Source: a virus (lineage: Duplodnaviria; Heunggongvirae; Uroviricota; Caudoviricetes). From it: 34,939 nucleotides of DNA. Positions within the stretch are counted from its first letter, which is position 1, and the number at the start of each line of letters is the position of its first letter. Shown piece after piece: positions 26,690 to 34,939 of the stretch. A program made the position numbers and the translations under genes. Location of the stretch: IMG/VR virus record IMGVR_UViG_2541047957_000002; one strand, given 5' to 3'. The notes under the pieces were generated by a model, which worked only from the letters and a program-made list of their open reading frames with translations, did not search any database and was not told where the DNA came from.

Positions 26690-26992
26690 ATGAGCGATAA
26701 GCAGACTGAAAAGACCATTCAACTGGATACCCCTATCAAGCGCGGTAAAACGGAAATCACCGAAATTGTGCTGCGTAAGCCGCAGTCCGGTGCGCTGCGC
26801 GGCACGCGCCTGCAGGCCATTATGGATATGGATGTGAACGCGATGATGACCGTGATCCCCCGCATTTCCAGTCCGGTACTGACTGCACAGGAAATCGCAG
26901 AGATGGACCCGGCAGATCTCACCGCTATATCGGTTGAGGTTGTCACTTTTTTGTTGAAGAAGTCGGTGCTTGCCGGTTTACCGACAGCCTGA
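26690..26992 (+). CDS. E: Tail assembly chaperone E (P2 gpE)
   Basis: 100 aa ORF between the tube and tape measure genes; contains slippery heptamer T TTT TTG at 26947-26953. Confidence 0.8.
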   Translation: MSDKQTEKTIQLDTPIKRGKTEITEIVLRKPQSGALRGTRLQAIMDMDVNAMMTVIPRISSPVLTAQEIAEMDPADLTAISVEVVTFLLKKSVLAGLPTA

Positions 26993-27126
26993 CGGTTGAC
27001 GATCTGGTGGCAGACATCGCCACCATTTTTCACTGGCCGCCATCCGTTACTGACGTTATGCCGCTGACCGAAGTGCTGGAATGGCGGTATAAAGCGATTC
27101 AGAGAAGCGGGGCCAACGATGAGTGA
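26690..27126 (+). CDS. E+E' programmed -1 frameshift product (tail assembly chaperone)
   Basis: After a -1 slip at TTTTTTG (26947-26953) the -1 frame stays open through 27123 and ends at TGA 27124-27126, overlapping the T start; predicted product about 144 aa (P2 E+E', as I recall, is about 142 aa). Confidence 0.7.
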
Positions 27127-30100
27127 TAACAACCTGCGGCTGCAGGTCATTCTTAATGCGGTTGACAAACTCACCCGCCCATTCCGTGTTGCACAGGCCA
27201 GTTCGAAAGAGCTGGCTGGCGCAATCAGAAACTCCCGTGACGCATTAAAGCAACTCAATCAGGCGGGTAATAGCCTGGAAAAATTTCGCAAGCTGCAGGC
27301 TGATAACAAGAAGTTAGGCGACAGGCTGAACTATGCCAGACAGAAGGCTAATTTGCTTAGCTCTGAGCTGGAGGCGATGGAACAACCATCACAACGGCAC
27401 CTTGTGGCTTTAGGTCGGCAAACGCTGGCAGTCCAACGCCTGGAAGAACAGCAAAAATATTTGCAGAAGCAAACGGCGCTTGTGCGTGCAGAACTGTACC
27501 GGGCGGGAATTTCTGCGAAAGATGATGCGGGAGCAACTGCCCGTTTAGCCCGTGAAACATCACGTTATAACCAGGAATTGTCGAAACAGGAGGCGCGGCT
27601 GAAGCGACTGGGTGAAGCTCAGCGCAGGATGAATGCGGCGCGTGCCAGTTATGCCCGTTCGCTGGAGGTGCGCGATCGTATTGCAGGAGCCGGAGCCACT
27701 ACCACGGCTGCAGGGCTGGCAATGGGGACGCCAGTGATGGCGGCAGTAAAAAGCTATACCAGCATGGAAGATGCCATGAAAGGTGTGGCAAAGCAGGTCA
27801 ATGGTCTGCGTGACGATAATGGAAACCGTACTGCACGTTTTTATGAAATGCAGGATGCCATCAAGGCTGCCAGCGAACAGTTGCCGATGGAAAACGGTGC
27901 GGTGGACTTCGCTGCACTGGTTGAAGGTGGTGCGCGCATGAACGTCGCAAACCCTGACGACAGCTGGGAAGACCAGAAACGTGACCTGCTGGCCTTCGCC
28001 AGTACGGCAGCAAAGGCGGCAACAGCCTTTGAGCTGCCAGCGGATGAACTGTCAGAAAGTCTGGGGAAAATCGCCCAGCTCTACAAAATACCTACCCGCA
28101 ATATTGAACAGCTCGGCGATGCGCTGAACTATCTGGATGATAACGCCATGTCGAAAGGGGCGGACATCATTGATGTGATGCAACGTCTGGGCGGTGTGGC
28201 TGACCGTCTGGATTATCGTAAAGCGGCGGCACTGGGTTCCACCTTTCTGACACTGGGCGCTGCGCCGGAGGTTGCAGCCAGTGCAGCAAACGCGATGGTG
28301 CGTGAATTGTCCATTGCCACCATGCAAAGCAAGAGTTTCTTTGAAGGGATGAATCTGCTGAAACTCAATCCTGAAGTGATTGAAAAGCAGATGACGAAGG
28401 ATGCGATGGGAACTATCCAGCGTGTGCTGGAGAAGGTGAACGCACTGCCGCAGGACAAGCGTCTGTCTGCCATGACCATGTTGTTTGGTAAAGAGTTTGG
28501 CGATGACGCGGCGAAACTGGCAAACAACCTGCCGGAACTACAGCGCCAGCTAAAACTGACAGCGGGCAATGATGCGCTCGGTTCCATGCAGAAAGAATCC
28601 GACATCAACAAGGACTCACTTTCTGCTCAGTGGTTGCTGGTTAAAACCGGAGCGCAGAATACCTTCAGCAGCCTGGGCGAAACGCTGCGCCAGCCGCTGA
28701 TGGATATTCTGTACACGGTGAAAAGCGTCACGGGGGCGTTGCGCCGCTGGGTGGAAGCTAACCCGGAACTGACAGGCACACTGATGAAAGTAGTGGCTGT
28801 TGTGGCTGCGGTTACCGTAGGCCTCGGCACCTTAGCGGTGGCGCTGGCTGCAGTGCTGGGGCCGCTGGCAGTGATCCGTCTGGGATTCTCTGTGCTGGGT
28901 ATCAAAACGTTACCTTCCGTTACGGCAGCAGTAACTCGAACCAGCAGCGCGTTGTCCTGGCTGGCTGGCGCACCACTGGCACTGCTGCGACGCGGGCTTG
29001 CTTCATCGGGCAACGCAGCGGGTTTACTTACTGCTCCGTTGTCGTCTTTGCGTCGCACGGTATCACTGATGGGGAATGTCCTGAAAACTGTAGCAGGTGC
29101 GCCGGTTGCACTTTTGCGGTCTGGATTATCCGGTTTACGTGCTGTTGCTGTGATGTTTATGAATCCACTGGCAGCACTACGCGGTGGGCTGGCTGCCGCA
29201 GGCGCGGTGCTGCGTGTGCTCGCATCCGGCCCGCTGGCGATGCTGCGCGTTGCCCTGTATGCCATATCTGGTCTGTTAGGTGCTCTGCTCAGTCCGATAG
29301 GTCTTGTGGTTACTGCACTGGCGGGCGTGGCGCTGGTTGTCTGGAAATACTGGCAACCCATCACCGCATTTCTCGGTGGCGTGGTGGAAGGATTCAAAGC
29401 GGCGGCAGGTCCCATCAGTGCAGCGTTCGAACCGCTTAAGCCCGTGTTCCAGTGGATTGGCGACAAAGTGCAGGCGCTGTGGGGCTGGTTTACTGATCTG
29501 CTGACGCCCGTTAAGTCGACCTCTGCCGAACTGCAGAGCGCAGCGGCAATGGGGCGGCGATTCGGGGAGGCACTGGCGGAAGGGCTGAATATGGTCATGC
29601 ATCCGCTGGACTCCCTGAAATCCGGCGTTTCCTGGTTGCTGGAGAAGCTCGGCATTGTCAGTAAAGAGGCCGCAAAGGCAAAACTGCCGGAAAGCGTGAC
29701 GCGTCAGCAACCTGCGACGGTGAATGCAGACGGTAAAGTGATGATGCCATCGGGTGGTTTTCCATCATGGGGATATGGCTTTGCGGGGATGTATGACAGC
29801 GGCGGGTATATCCCGCGCGGGCAGTTTGGCATCGTCGGTGAAAACGGGCCGGAAATTGTTAACGGCCCGGCAAATGTGACCAGCCGGAGAAATACAGCTG
29901 CACTGGCTGCCGTTGTTGCCGGAATGATGGGCGTTGCTGCCGCGCCAGCAGAGCTTCCACCGTTGCACCCTTTGGCACTTCCCGCGAAAGGTGGAGAAGC
30001 AATTGTGAGTCGCGCAGCCACTGTGCCGCTCGTTCAACGGATTGAGGCACCGACGCAGATCATCATTCAGACGCAGCCAGGACAAAGTGCGCAGGATATT

Positions 30101-30196
30101 GCGCGGGAGGTGGCACGCCAGCTTGATGAACGTGAACGCAGGCTGAAGGCAAAAGCCAGGAGTAACTACAGCGATCAGGGGGGATACGACGCATGA
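27119..30196 (+). CDS. T: Tail tape measure protein (P2 gpT)
   Basis: 1025 aa, Ala/Leu-rich with coiled-coil and hydrophobic regions; position after E/E'. Confidence 0.9.
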   Translation: MSDNNLRLQVILNAVDKLTRPFRVAQASSKELAGAIRNSRDALKQLNQAGNSLEKFRKLQADNKKLGDRLNYARQKANLLSSELEAMEQPSQRHLVALGRQTLAVQRLEEQQKYLQKQTALVRAELYRAGISAKDDAGATARLARETSRYNQELSKQEARLKRLGEAQRRMNAARASYARSLEVRDRIAGAGATTTAAGLAMGTPVMAAVKSYTSMEDAMKGVAKQVNGLRDDNGNRTARFYEMQDAIKAASEQLPMENGAVDFAALVEGGARMNVANPDDSWEDQKRDLLAFASTAAKAATAFELPADELSESLGKIAQLYKIPTRNIEQLGDALNYLDDNAMSKGADIIDVMQRLGGVADRLDYRKAAALGSTFLTLGAAPEVAASAANAMVRELSIATMQSKSFFEGMNLLKLNPEVIEKQMTKDAMGTIQRVLEKVNALPQDKRLSAMTMLFGKEFGDDAAKLANNLPELQRQLKLTAGNDALGSMQKESDINKDSLSAQWLLVKTGAQNTFSSLGETLRQPLMDILYTVKSVTGALRRWVEANPELTGTLMKVVAVVAAVTVGLGTLAVALAAVLGPLAVIRLGFSVLGIKTLPSVTAAVTRTSSALSWLAGAPLALLRRGLASSGNAAGLLTAPLSSLRRTVSLMGNVLKTVAGAPVALLRSGLSGLRAVAVMFMNPLAALRGGLAAAGAVLRVLASGPLAMLRVALYAISGLLGALLSPIGLVVTALAGVALVVWKYWQPITAFLGGVVEGFKAAAGPISAAFEPLKPVFQWIGDKVQALWGWFTDLLTPVKSTSAELQSAAAMGRRFGEALAEGLNMVMHPLDSLKSGVSWLLEKLGIVSKEAAKAKLPESVTRQQPATVNADGKVMMPSGGFPSWGYGFAGMYDSGGYIPRGQFGIVGENGPEIVNGPANVTSRRNTAALAAVVAGMMGVAAAPAELPPLHPLALPAKGGEAIVSRAATVPLVQRIEAPTQIIIQTQPGQSAQDIAREVARQLDERERRLKAKARSNYSDQGGYDA

Positions 30197-30678
30197 TGAT
30201 GGTGCTGGGATTGTACGTGTTTATGCTGCGCACCGTTCCGTATCAGGAACTGCAGTATCAACGCAGCTGGCGACATGCGGCAAACAGTCGGGTAAACCGA
30301 CGTCCGTCCACGCAGTTTCTGGGACCGGAAAACGACATGCTGACGCTTTCCGGTGTTCTTATGCCGGAAATAACAGGCGGCAGGCTGTCGTTGCTGGCAC
30401 TGGAGCAGATGGCAGAACAGGGGAAAGCATGGCCCCTGATTGAAGGCAGCGGCACGATTTACGGCATGTATGTGATTGAGGGACTGAATCAGACTAAAAC
30501 GGAGTTTTTCCGCGACGGTATGCCGCGCCGGATTGAGTTCACCCTGTCGCTCAAACGAGTGGATGAATCCCTGTCCGATATGTTCGGTGATCTCAGTGCG
30601 CAACTGAATAATTTGCAGGACACGGCAACGTCTGCCTTAAGCGATATCAGTAAAACGGTGGGAGGGCTGCTGTCGTGA
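30193..30678 (+). CDS. U: Tail protein U (P2 gpU)
   Basis: 161 aa, start overlapping the T stop. Confidence 0.85.
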   Translation: MMMVLGLYVFMLRTVPYQELQYQRSWRHAANSRVNRRPSTQFLGPENDMLTLSGVLMPEITGGRLSLLALEQMAEQGKAWPLIEGSGTIYGMYVIEGLNQTKTEFFRDGMPRRIEFTLSLKRVDESLSDMFGDLSAQLNNLQDTATSALSDISKTVGGLLS

Positions 30679-31775
30679 ATTTCAGCTCTGAACTGCTTAA
30701 CAAAGGCAACAAAACTCCCGCATTCAGCATCAGTATTGAGGGCAGGGATATCACCACTGTGCTGGATAACCGCCTGATGAGTTTGACGCTGACGGATAAC
30801 CGGGGCTTTGAAGCGGACCAGCTTGATCTGGAGCTGGATGACGCTGACGGAAAAATCGTGCTGCCGCGCCGTGGTGCGGTTATTACGCTGGCGCTGGGCT
30901 GGAAGGGGCAGCCGCTTTTCCCGAAAGGGGCATTCACAGTGGACGAGATTGAACACACTGGCGCACCGGACCGCCTGACTATCCGGGCGCGAAGTGCTGA
31001 TTTTCGGGAAACGCTGAATACCCGCCGTGAAAAATCGTGGCATAAGACCACCGTCGGGGAAGTGGTGAAGGAAATAGCCGCGCGGCACAAGCTGAAGATG
31101 GCACTGGGTAAAGACCTGTCGGATAAGCCCGTAGAGCATATAGACCAGACTAATGAGAGTGACGGCAGTTTTCTGATGCGGCTGGCGCGACAGTACGGTG
31201 CCATCGCGTCGGTGAAAAATGGCAATCTGTTATTCATCCGGCAGGGGCAGGGCAAAAGCGCCACTGGTAAACCTCTGCCAGTGATCACTATCACACGCAA
31301 GGACGGCGACAGTCACCGATTTACCCTGGCAGATCGCGGAGCCTACACGGGCGTAATTGCCAGCTGGTTGCATACCCGCGAACCTGCGAAGAAAGAAAGC
31401 ACCACGGTGAAGCGTAAGCGCAGAACTAAGAAGCAGAAGAAAGAGCCAGAAGCGAAGCAGGGCGATTACCTGGTGGGTACGGATGAAAACGTGCTGGTAC
31501 TTAATCGCACTTATGCCAACCGGAGCAACGCCGAACGAGCGGCGAAAATGCAGTGGGAACGCCTGCAACGCGGCGTTGCGTCATTCTCGCTACAACTGGC
31601 GGAAGGGCGGGCAGATCTCTACACGGAAATGCCAGTGAAAGTCAGTGGCTTTAAACAGCCGATAGATGATGCGGAATGGACCATTACGACTCTGACACAT
31701 ACTGTCAGCCCGGATAACGGTTTTACAACCAGTATTGAACTCGAAGTGAAGATTGATGATTTCGAAATGGAATGA
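30675..31775 (+). CDS. D: Tail protein D (P2 gpD)
   Basis: 366 aa, GTG start with GGAGGG RBS; last gene of the tail operon. Confidence 0.85.
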   Translation: MNFSSELLNKGNKTPAFSISIEGRDITTVLDNRLMSLTLTDNRGFEADQLDLELDDADGKIVLPRRGAVITLALGWKGQPLFPKGAFTVDEIEHTGAPDRLTIRARSADFRETLNTRREKSWHKTTVGEVVKEIAARHKLKMALGKDLSDKPVEHIDQTNESDGSFLMRLARQYGAIASVKNGNLLFIRQGQGKSATGKPLPVITITRKDGDSHRFTLADRGAYTGVIASWLHTREPAKKESTTVKRKRRTKKQKKEPEAKQGDYLVGTDENVLVLNRTYANRSNAERAAKMQWERLQRGVASFSLQLAEGRADLYTEMPVKVSGFKQPIDDAEWTITTLTHTVSPDNGFTTSIELEVKIDDFEME

Positions 31776-31865
31776 TTCTTCGCAATGGAGAACTTTTAAG
31801 TTTGCAAAATGGAATAATAAGGTATCATTATTGTGAATTTAGCAAAAATGGGGAGAACTCGAAAA

Positions 31866-32084
31866 ATGATGATTTGCCCACTGTGTGGAAGTGCCGCCCA
31901 TACTCGCAGCAGTTTTCAGGTATCTTCATTGACCAAAGAGCGTTACAACCAGTGCCAGAACATTAACTGCAGCCATACTTTTGTTACCCATGAAACTTTT
32001 GTTCGTTCGATTGCAACGCCAAAAGAGTCAAATCCGGTTCAGCCGCATCCAATGAAATCAGGACAGGTGGCGCTCTCTCTTTGA
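31866..32084 (+). CDS. ogr: Late gene transcriptional activator Ogr (zinc finger)
   Basis: MMICPLCGSAAHTRSS...KERYNQCQNINCSHTF... matches the P2 Ogr C2C2 zinc finger (MFHCPLCQHAAH...KERYHQCQNVNCSATF); ATG 31866 chosen. Confidence 0.85.
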   Translation: MMICPLCGSAAHTRSSFQVSSLTKERYNQCQNINCSHTFVTHETFVRSIATPKESNPVQPHPMKSGQVALSL

Positions 32085-32164
32085 CGCTGCCGCCATTTTG
32101 TCGCCATCGTTAAAAAGCAGTGCTTCTAACATCATGATTTTAAAAGGCATAAATTTCAGACAAC

Positions 32165-32207
32165 AAAAAACCCATCAACCTTGAACCGAAATGGCGGGGT
32201 TGATGGG
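32165..32207 (-). terminator. Rho-independent terminator (minus strand) downstream of ybjL, near the presumed prophage/host junction
   Basis: Stem CCCATCAACC ... GGTTGATGGG with an A-run on the plus strand, giving a T-run after the hairpin on the minus strand. Confidence 0.5.
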
Positions 32208-32319
32208 CTCCACAAAATGGGGACATCAAAGAAAAGCAGTGGCACTAATTAAGACTGATGCCCTGCGGAAAAGTTCTGCGGTTGTGCAAAAAAATTTCAT
32301 TTTCAGGGCAACTTCAGTT

Positions 32320-34005
32320 TTATCCTAATCCTGGCCATACCATGACGATGATTGTCCCTGCCAGCGTCAGCAGGACGTTGGCGATTGCGTAGGTGCCCGC
32401 ATAGCCCAGCGCAGGGATGTTACTGCGAGCTGTATCACTGATGATCTCCATTGCCGGCGCGCAGGTGCGTGCGCCCATCATTGCGCCGAACAACAGTGCG
32501 CGGTTCATTCGCAATACATAAGCACCGAACAAGAAACAGATAACCACGGGCACAAGACTGACAATTAATCCGGCAATCAACATCTGACCGCCAATCGCGC
32601 CCAGGCCGTTATTAATACCGCTACCGGCGCTCAGACCAACGCCTGCCATAAACACCATCAAGCCGAACTCTTTCACCATGCTTAATGCACCTTGCGGAAT
32701 GTAACCGAAGGTCGGGTGGTTAGCACGCATAAAGCCCAGCATAATTCCGGCGAATAACAACCCGGCAGCGTTCCCCATGCCGAAACTGAATGTGCTGAAC
32801 TGGAAGGTGATCATCCCGATCATCAGCCCAATAACAAAGAAGGCGCAAAATGCCAGCAGGTCAGTGACCTGGCTGTGAATCGAGATAAAGCCGATGCGAT
32901 CGGCGATGGTTTTTACGCGACGGGCATCACCGCTGACTTGTAAAACGTCACCTTTGTTAAGCACGACGTTGTCATCTATCGGCATCTCAATCTGGCTACG
33001 AATGACGCGGTTAAGGAAGCAACCGTGATCGGTCAACTTCAGTTGTGCGAGACGTTTACCTACAGCGTTATGGTTTTTAACGACCACTTCTTCAGTGACG
33101 ATACGCATGTCGAGAAGGTCACGATCGAAAACTTCTTTACCGTTACGGAAGCTGGGATCGAGTCGGGCATGGGCGTCGGGATAGCCTACCAACGCTATTT
33201 CATCGCCCATTTGTAGCACGGCATCACCGTCTGGATTTGCCAGAATCCCGTTACGTCGAATACGTTCAATGTAGCAGCCGGTTTGTCGATAAATACCCAG
33301 TTCACGCAGATTTTTGCCGTCGGTCCAGGCCACCAGCTCCGGGCCGACGCGATAGGCGCGGATCACCGGTAAATAAACCTTACGGTTGGCATCAGTGTCC
33401 AGGCCACGTTCGCGGGCGATTTGCTGGGCGCTGGTCTGTAAGTCCTGATGCTGCAATTTCGGCAAGTAACGCGCACCAACAATCAAACTCACCAGACCGA
33501 TTAAATAGGTTAAGGCATACCCGAGGCTCAGATTATCCAGTGCCAGTGAGAGCTGCCTGCTTTCCATGCCGGAATGACGCAGTGTATCGCCAGCACCGAC
33601 CAGAACCGGTGTCGACGTCATAGAGCCTGCTAACATACCGGCCGTCAGGCCAATATCCCAGCCAAACAGCTTACCTAACCCTAAGGCGATCACCAGCGCA
33701 CTGCCAACCATCACCAGTGCTAACATTAGGTAATTTTTCCCATCGCGAAAAAAAATGGAAAAAAAGTTCGGTCCGGCTTCGACCCCGACGCAGAAAATAA
33801 ACAGCATAAAGCCAAGATTAAGCGCATCGGTGTTAATGCTGAAATGTTGTTGGCCTAATAACAGCGATACGACTAAAACGCCAATGGAATTACCCAGTTG
33901 GATCGAACCAAGTCGTAACTTTCCGAGACATAGCCCAAGCGCGAGGACCACAAATAATAACAGAATGTAATTCCCATTTAACAATTCGGCGACGTTTATA
34001 TTCAC
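32320..34005 (-). CDS. ybjL: Putative transporter YbjL (AAE family), host gene
   Basis: 561-aa translation [29 protein letters not shown]... recognised as E. coli YbjL; multiple TM segments. Confidence 0.9.
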
Positions 34006-34274
34006 GGAGGCTAACTTCTTGTTTACTAGTAAGCTGTTGAAAGAAATGGTAATTTACGATAATGTTTTTTACCAGAATTCAGGGCGCAGATTCATTCAGC
34101 GCACCTAAACGATAGTAAAGTAACAATATATTTTACTAGTGTAATCACATTAGGTATCAACGGCTATATGAATTGCGTTGGCCTATATTAGCATGGAATG
34201 CGAAGCGGCTTTATCTTACTGAACGCCACACTGGCGAAAAATGTGTTCGATAGACGCAGTGTCAGGAGGAACGA

Positions 34275-34652
34275 GTGAAACATAAACAACGTTGGGCGGG
34301 GGCAATCTGCTGTTTTGTCCTCTTCATTGTGGTGTGCCTTTTTCTGGCGACGCACATGAAAGGCGCTTTTCGGGCTGCCGGGCATCCTGAAATCGGCTTG
34401 CTATTTTTCATTCTTCCTGGAGCAGTCGCCAGCTTCTTTTCACAGCGTAGAGAAGTCCTGAAACCTCTGTTTGGCGCAATGCTGGCGGCACCCTGTTCGA
34501 TGCTCATTATGCGGCTGTTTTTTTCACCGACGCGCTCATTCTGGCAAGAGCTGGCATGGTTACTAAGCGCGGTGTTCTGGTGTGCGCTGGGGGCACTGTG
34601 TTTCTTATTTATCAGTAGTTTGTTTAAACCACAGCACAGAAAAAATCAGTAA
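34275..34652 (+). CDS. ybjM: Inner membrane protein YbjM, host gene
   Basis: 125 aa, GTG start with AGGAGG RBS; hydrophobic; the conserved E. coli neighbour of ybjL and grxA. Confidence 0.8.
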   Translation: MKHKQRWAGAICCFVLFIVVCLFLATHMKGAFRAAGHPEIGLLFFILPGAVASFFSQRREVLKPLFGAMLAAPCSMLIMRLFFSPTRSFWQELAWLLSAVFWCALGALCFLFISSLFKPQHRKNQ

Positions 34653-34671
34653 AGCCCTCAACGCGAGGGCT
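34653..34671. terminator. Hairpin between convergent ybjM and grxA (probable bidirectional terminator)
   Basis: AGCCCTC-aacgc-GAGGGCT stem-loop in the 30-bp gap between the two convergent stops. Confidence 0.45.
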
Positions 34672-34681
34672 TGTCAGACGA

Positions 34682-34939
34682 TCAGGCGTCCAGATTTTCT
34701 TTCACCCATGCAGCAAAATCGGTATAGCCGCCGATATGTTGCTGATCGACAAAAATCTGCGGCACGGTTTCTACGGGTTTACCTGCCTTTTGTTGTAGAT
34801 CTTCTTTAGTGATCCCTTCCGCACGAATATCTACATACTGATACTGAAAATCATCGCGTTCATTGCTCAATTTCTCAGCCAGATCTTTTGCACGCACACA
34901 GTAAGGGCAACCCGAACGACCAAAAATAACGGTTTGCAT
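34682..34939 (-). CDS. grxA: Glutaredoxin 1, host gene
   Basis: 85-aa translation MQTVIFGRSGCPYCVRAKDLAEKL... with CPYC active site; the start codon is the last three bases of the window. Confidence 0.9.
   Translation of the reverse strand: MQTVIFGRSGCPYCVRAKDLAEKLSNERDDFQYQYVDIRAEGITKEDLQQKAGKPVETVPQIFVDQQHIGGYTDFAAWVKENLDA

Larger units (their letters stand above)
1..32150. mobile_element. P2/186-family prophage, int through ogr; left attachment site lies outside the window, right boundary approximate
   Basis: Contiguous, syntenic P2-like gene order (int, cI, A, cos, Q P O N M L X, lysis, R S V W J I H G, FI FII E T U D ogr) abutting host genes ybjL/ybjM/grxA. The int stop codon sits at window positions 1-3, so attL is off-window. 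Confidence 0.85.

Noticed and set aside
27357-30085. Several long antisense and alternative-frame ORFs inside the tape measure gene T (for example 28627-29655 minus, 342 aa)
   Set aside because: They are entirely nested within a confidently assigned structural gene and have low-complexity Ala/Ser/Pro-rich translations typical of spurious frames of an Ala/Leu-rich gene.
1-34939. CRISPR arrays, tRNA genes, IS elements
   Set aside because: No regularly spaced direct repeats, no tRNA-like cloverleaf candidates near the prophage end, and no transposase-like ORFs or terminal inverted repeats were seen.

Overview
The window holds an essentially complete P2/186-family (Peduovirus-like) prophage of about 32 kb (1 to ~32,150), followed by E. 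coli chromosomal genes ybjL, ybjM and grxA (32,320-34,939). The prophage runs int -> 186-type immunity switch (cI, apl, cII) -> early operon with a Dam methyltransferase and the rolling-circle replication initiator A -> a LexA-box-controlled tum/DinI-like SOS module -> cos -> portal Q and terminase P (minus strand) -> capsid genes O N M L -> X, pinholin/SAR-endolysin/LysABC lysis cassette -> tail and baseplate genes R S V W J I H G -> a Mu G-segment-like invertible tail-fibre cassette with a serine DNA invertase -> FI FII E/E' (programmed -1 frameshift) T U D -> ogr. Three Ogr-type late promoter boxes (TGT-N12-ACA) are visible. The most unusual element is a strongly AT-rich 557-aa orphan gene (8102-9775) with its own terminator and a C-terminal Gly/Ala-rich hydrophobic segment, inserted exactly between the cos site and portal gene Q. 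I recognise no family for it and propose it as a candidate undescribed single-gene anti-phage or abortive-infection cargo. A second candidate moron is a 63-aa signal-peptide-bearing, 4-Cys basic peptide placed inside the lysogenic cI-int transcription unit. All calls rest on reading the sequence and ORF translations against remembered protein families; no database search was run.
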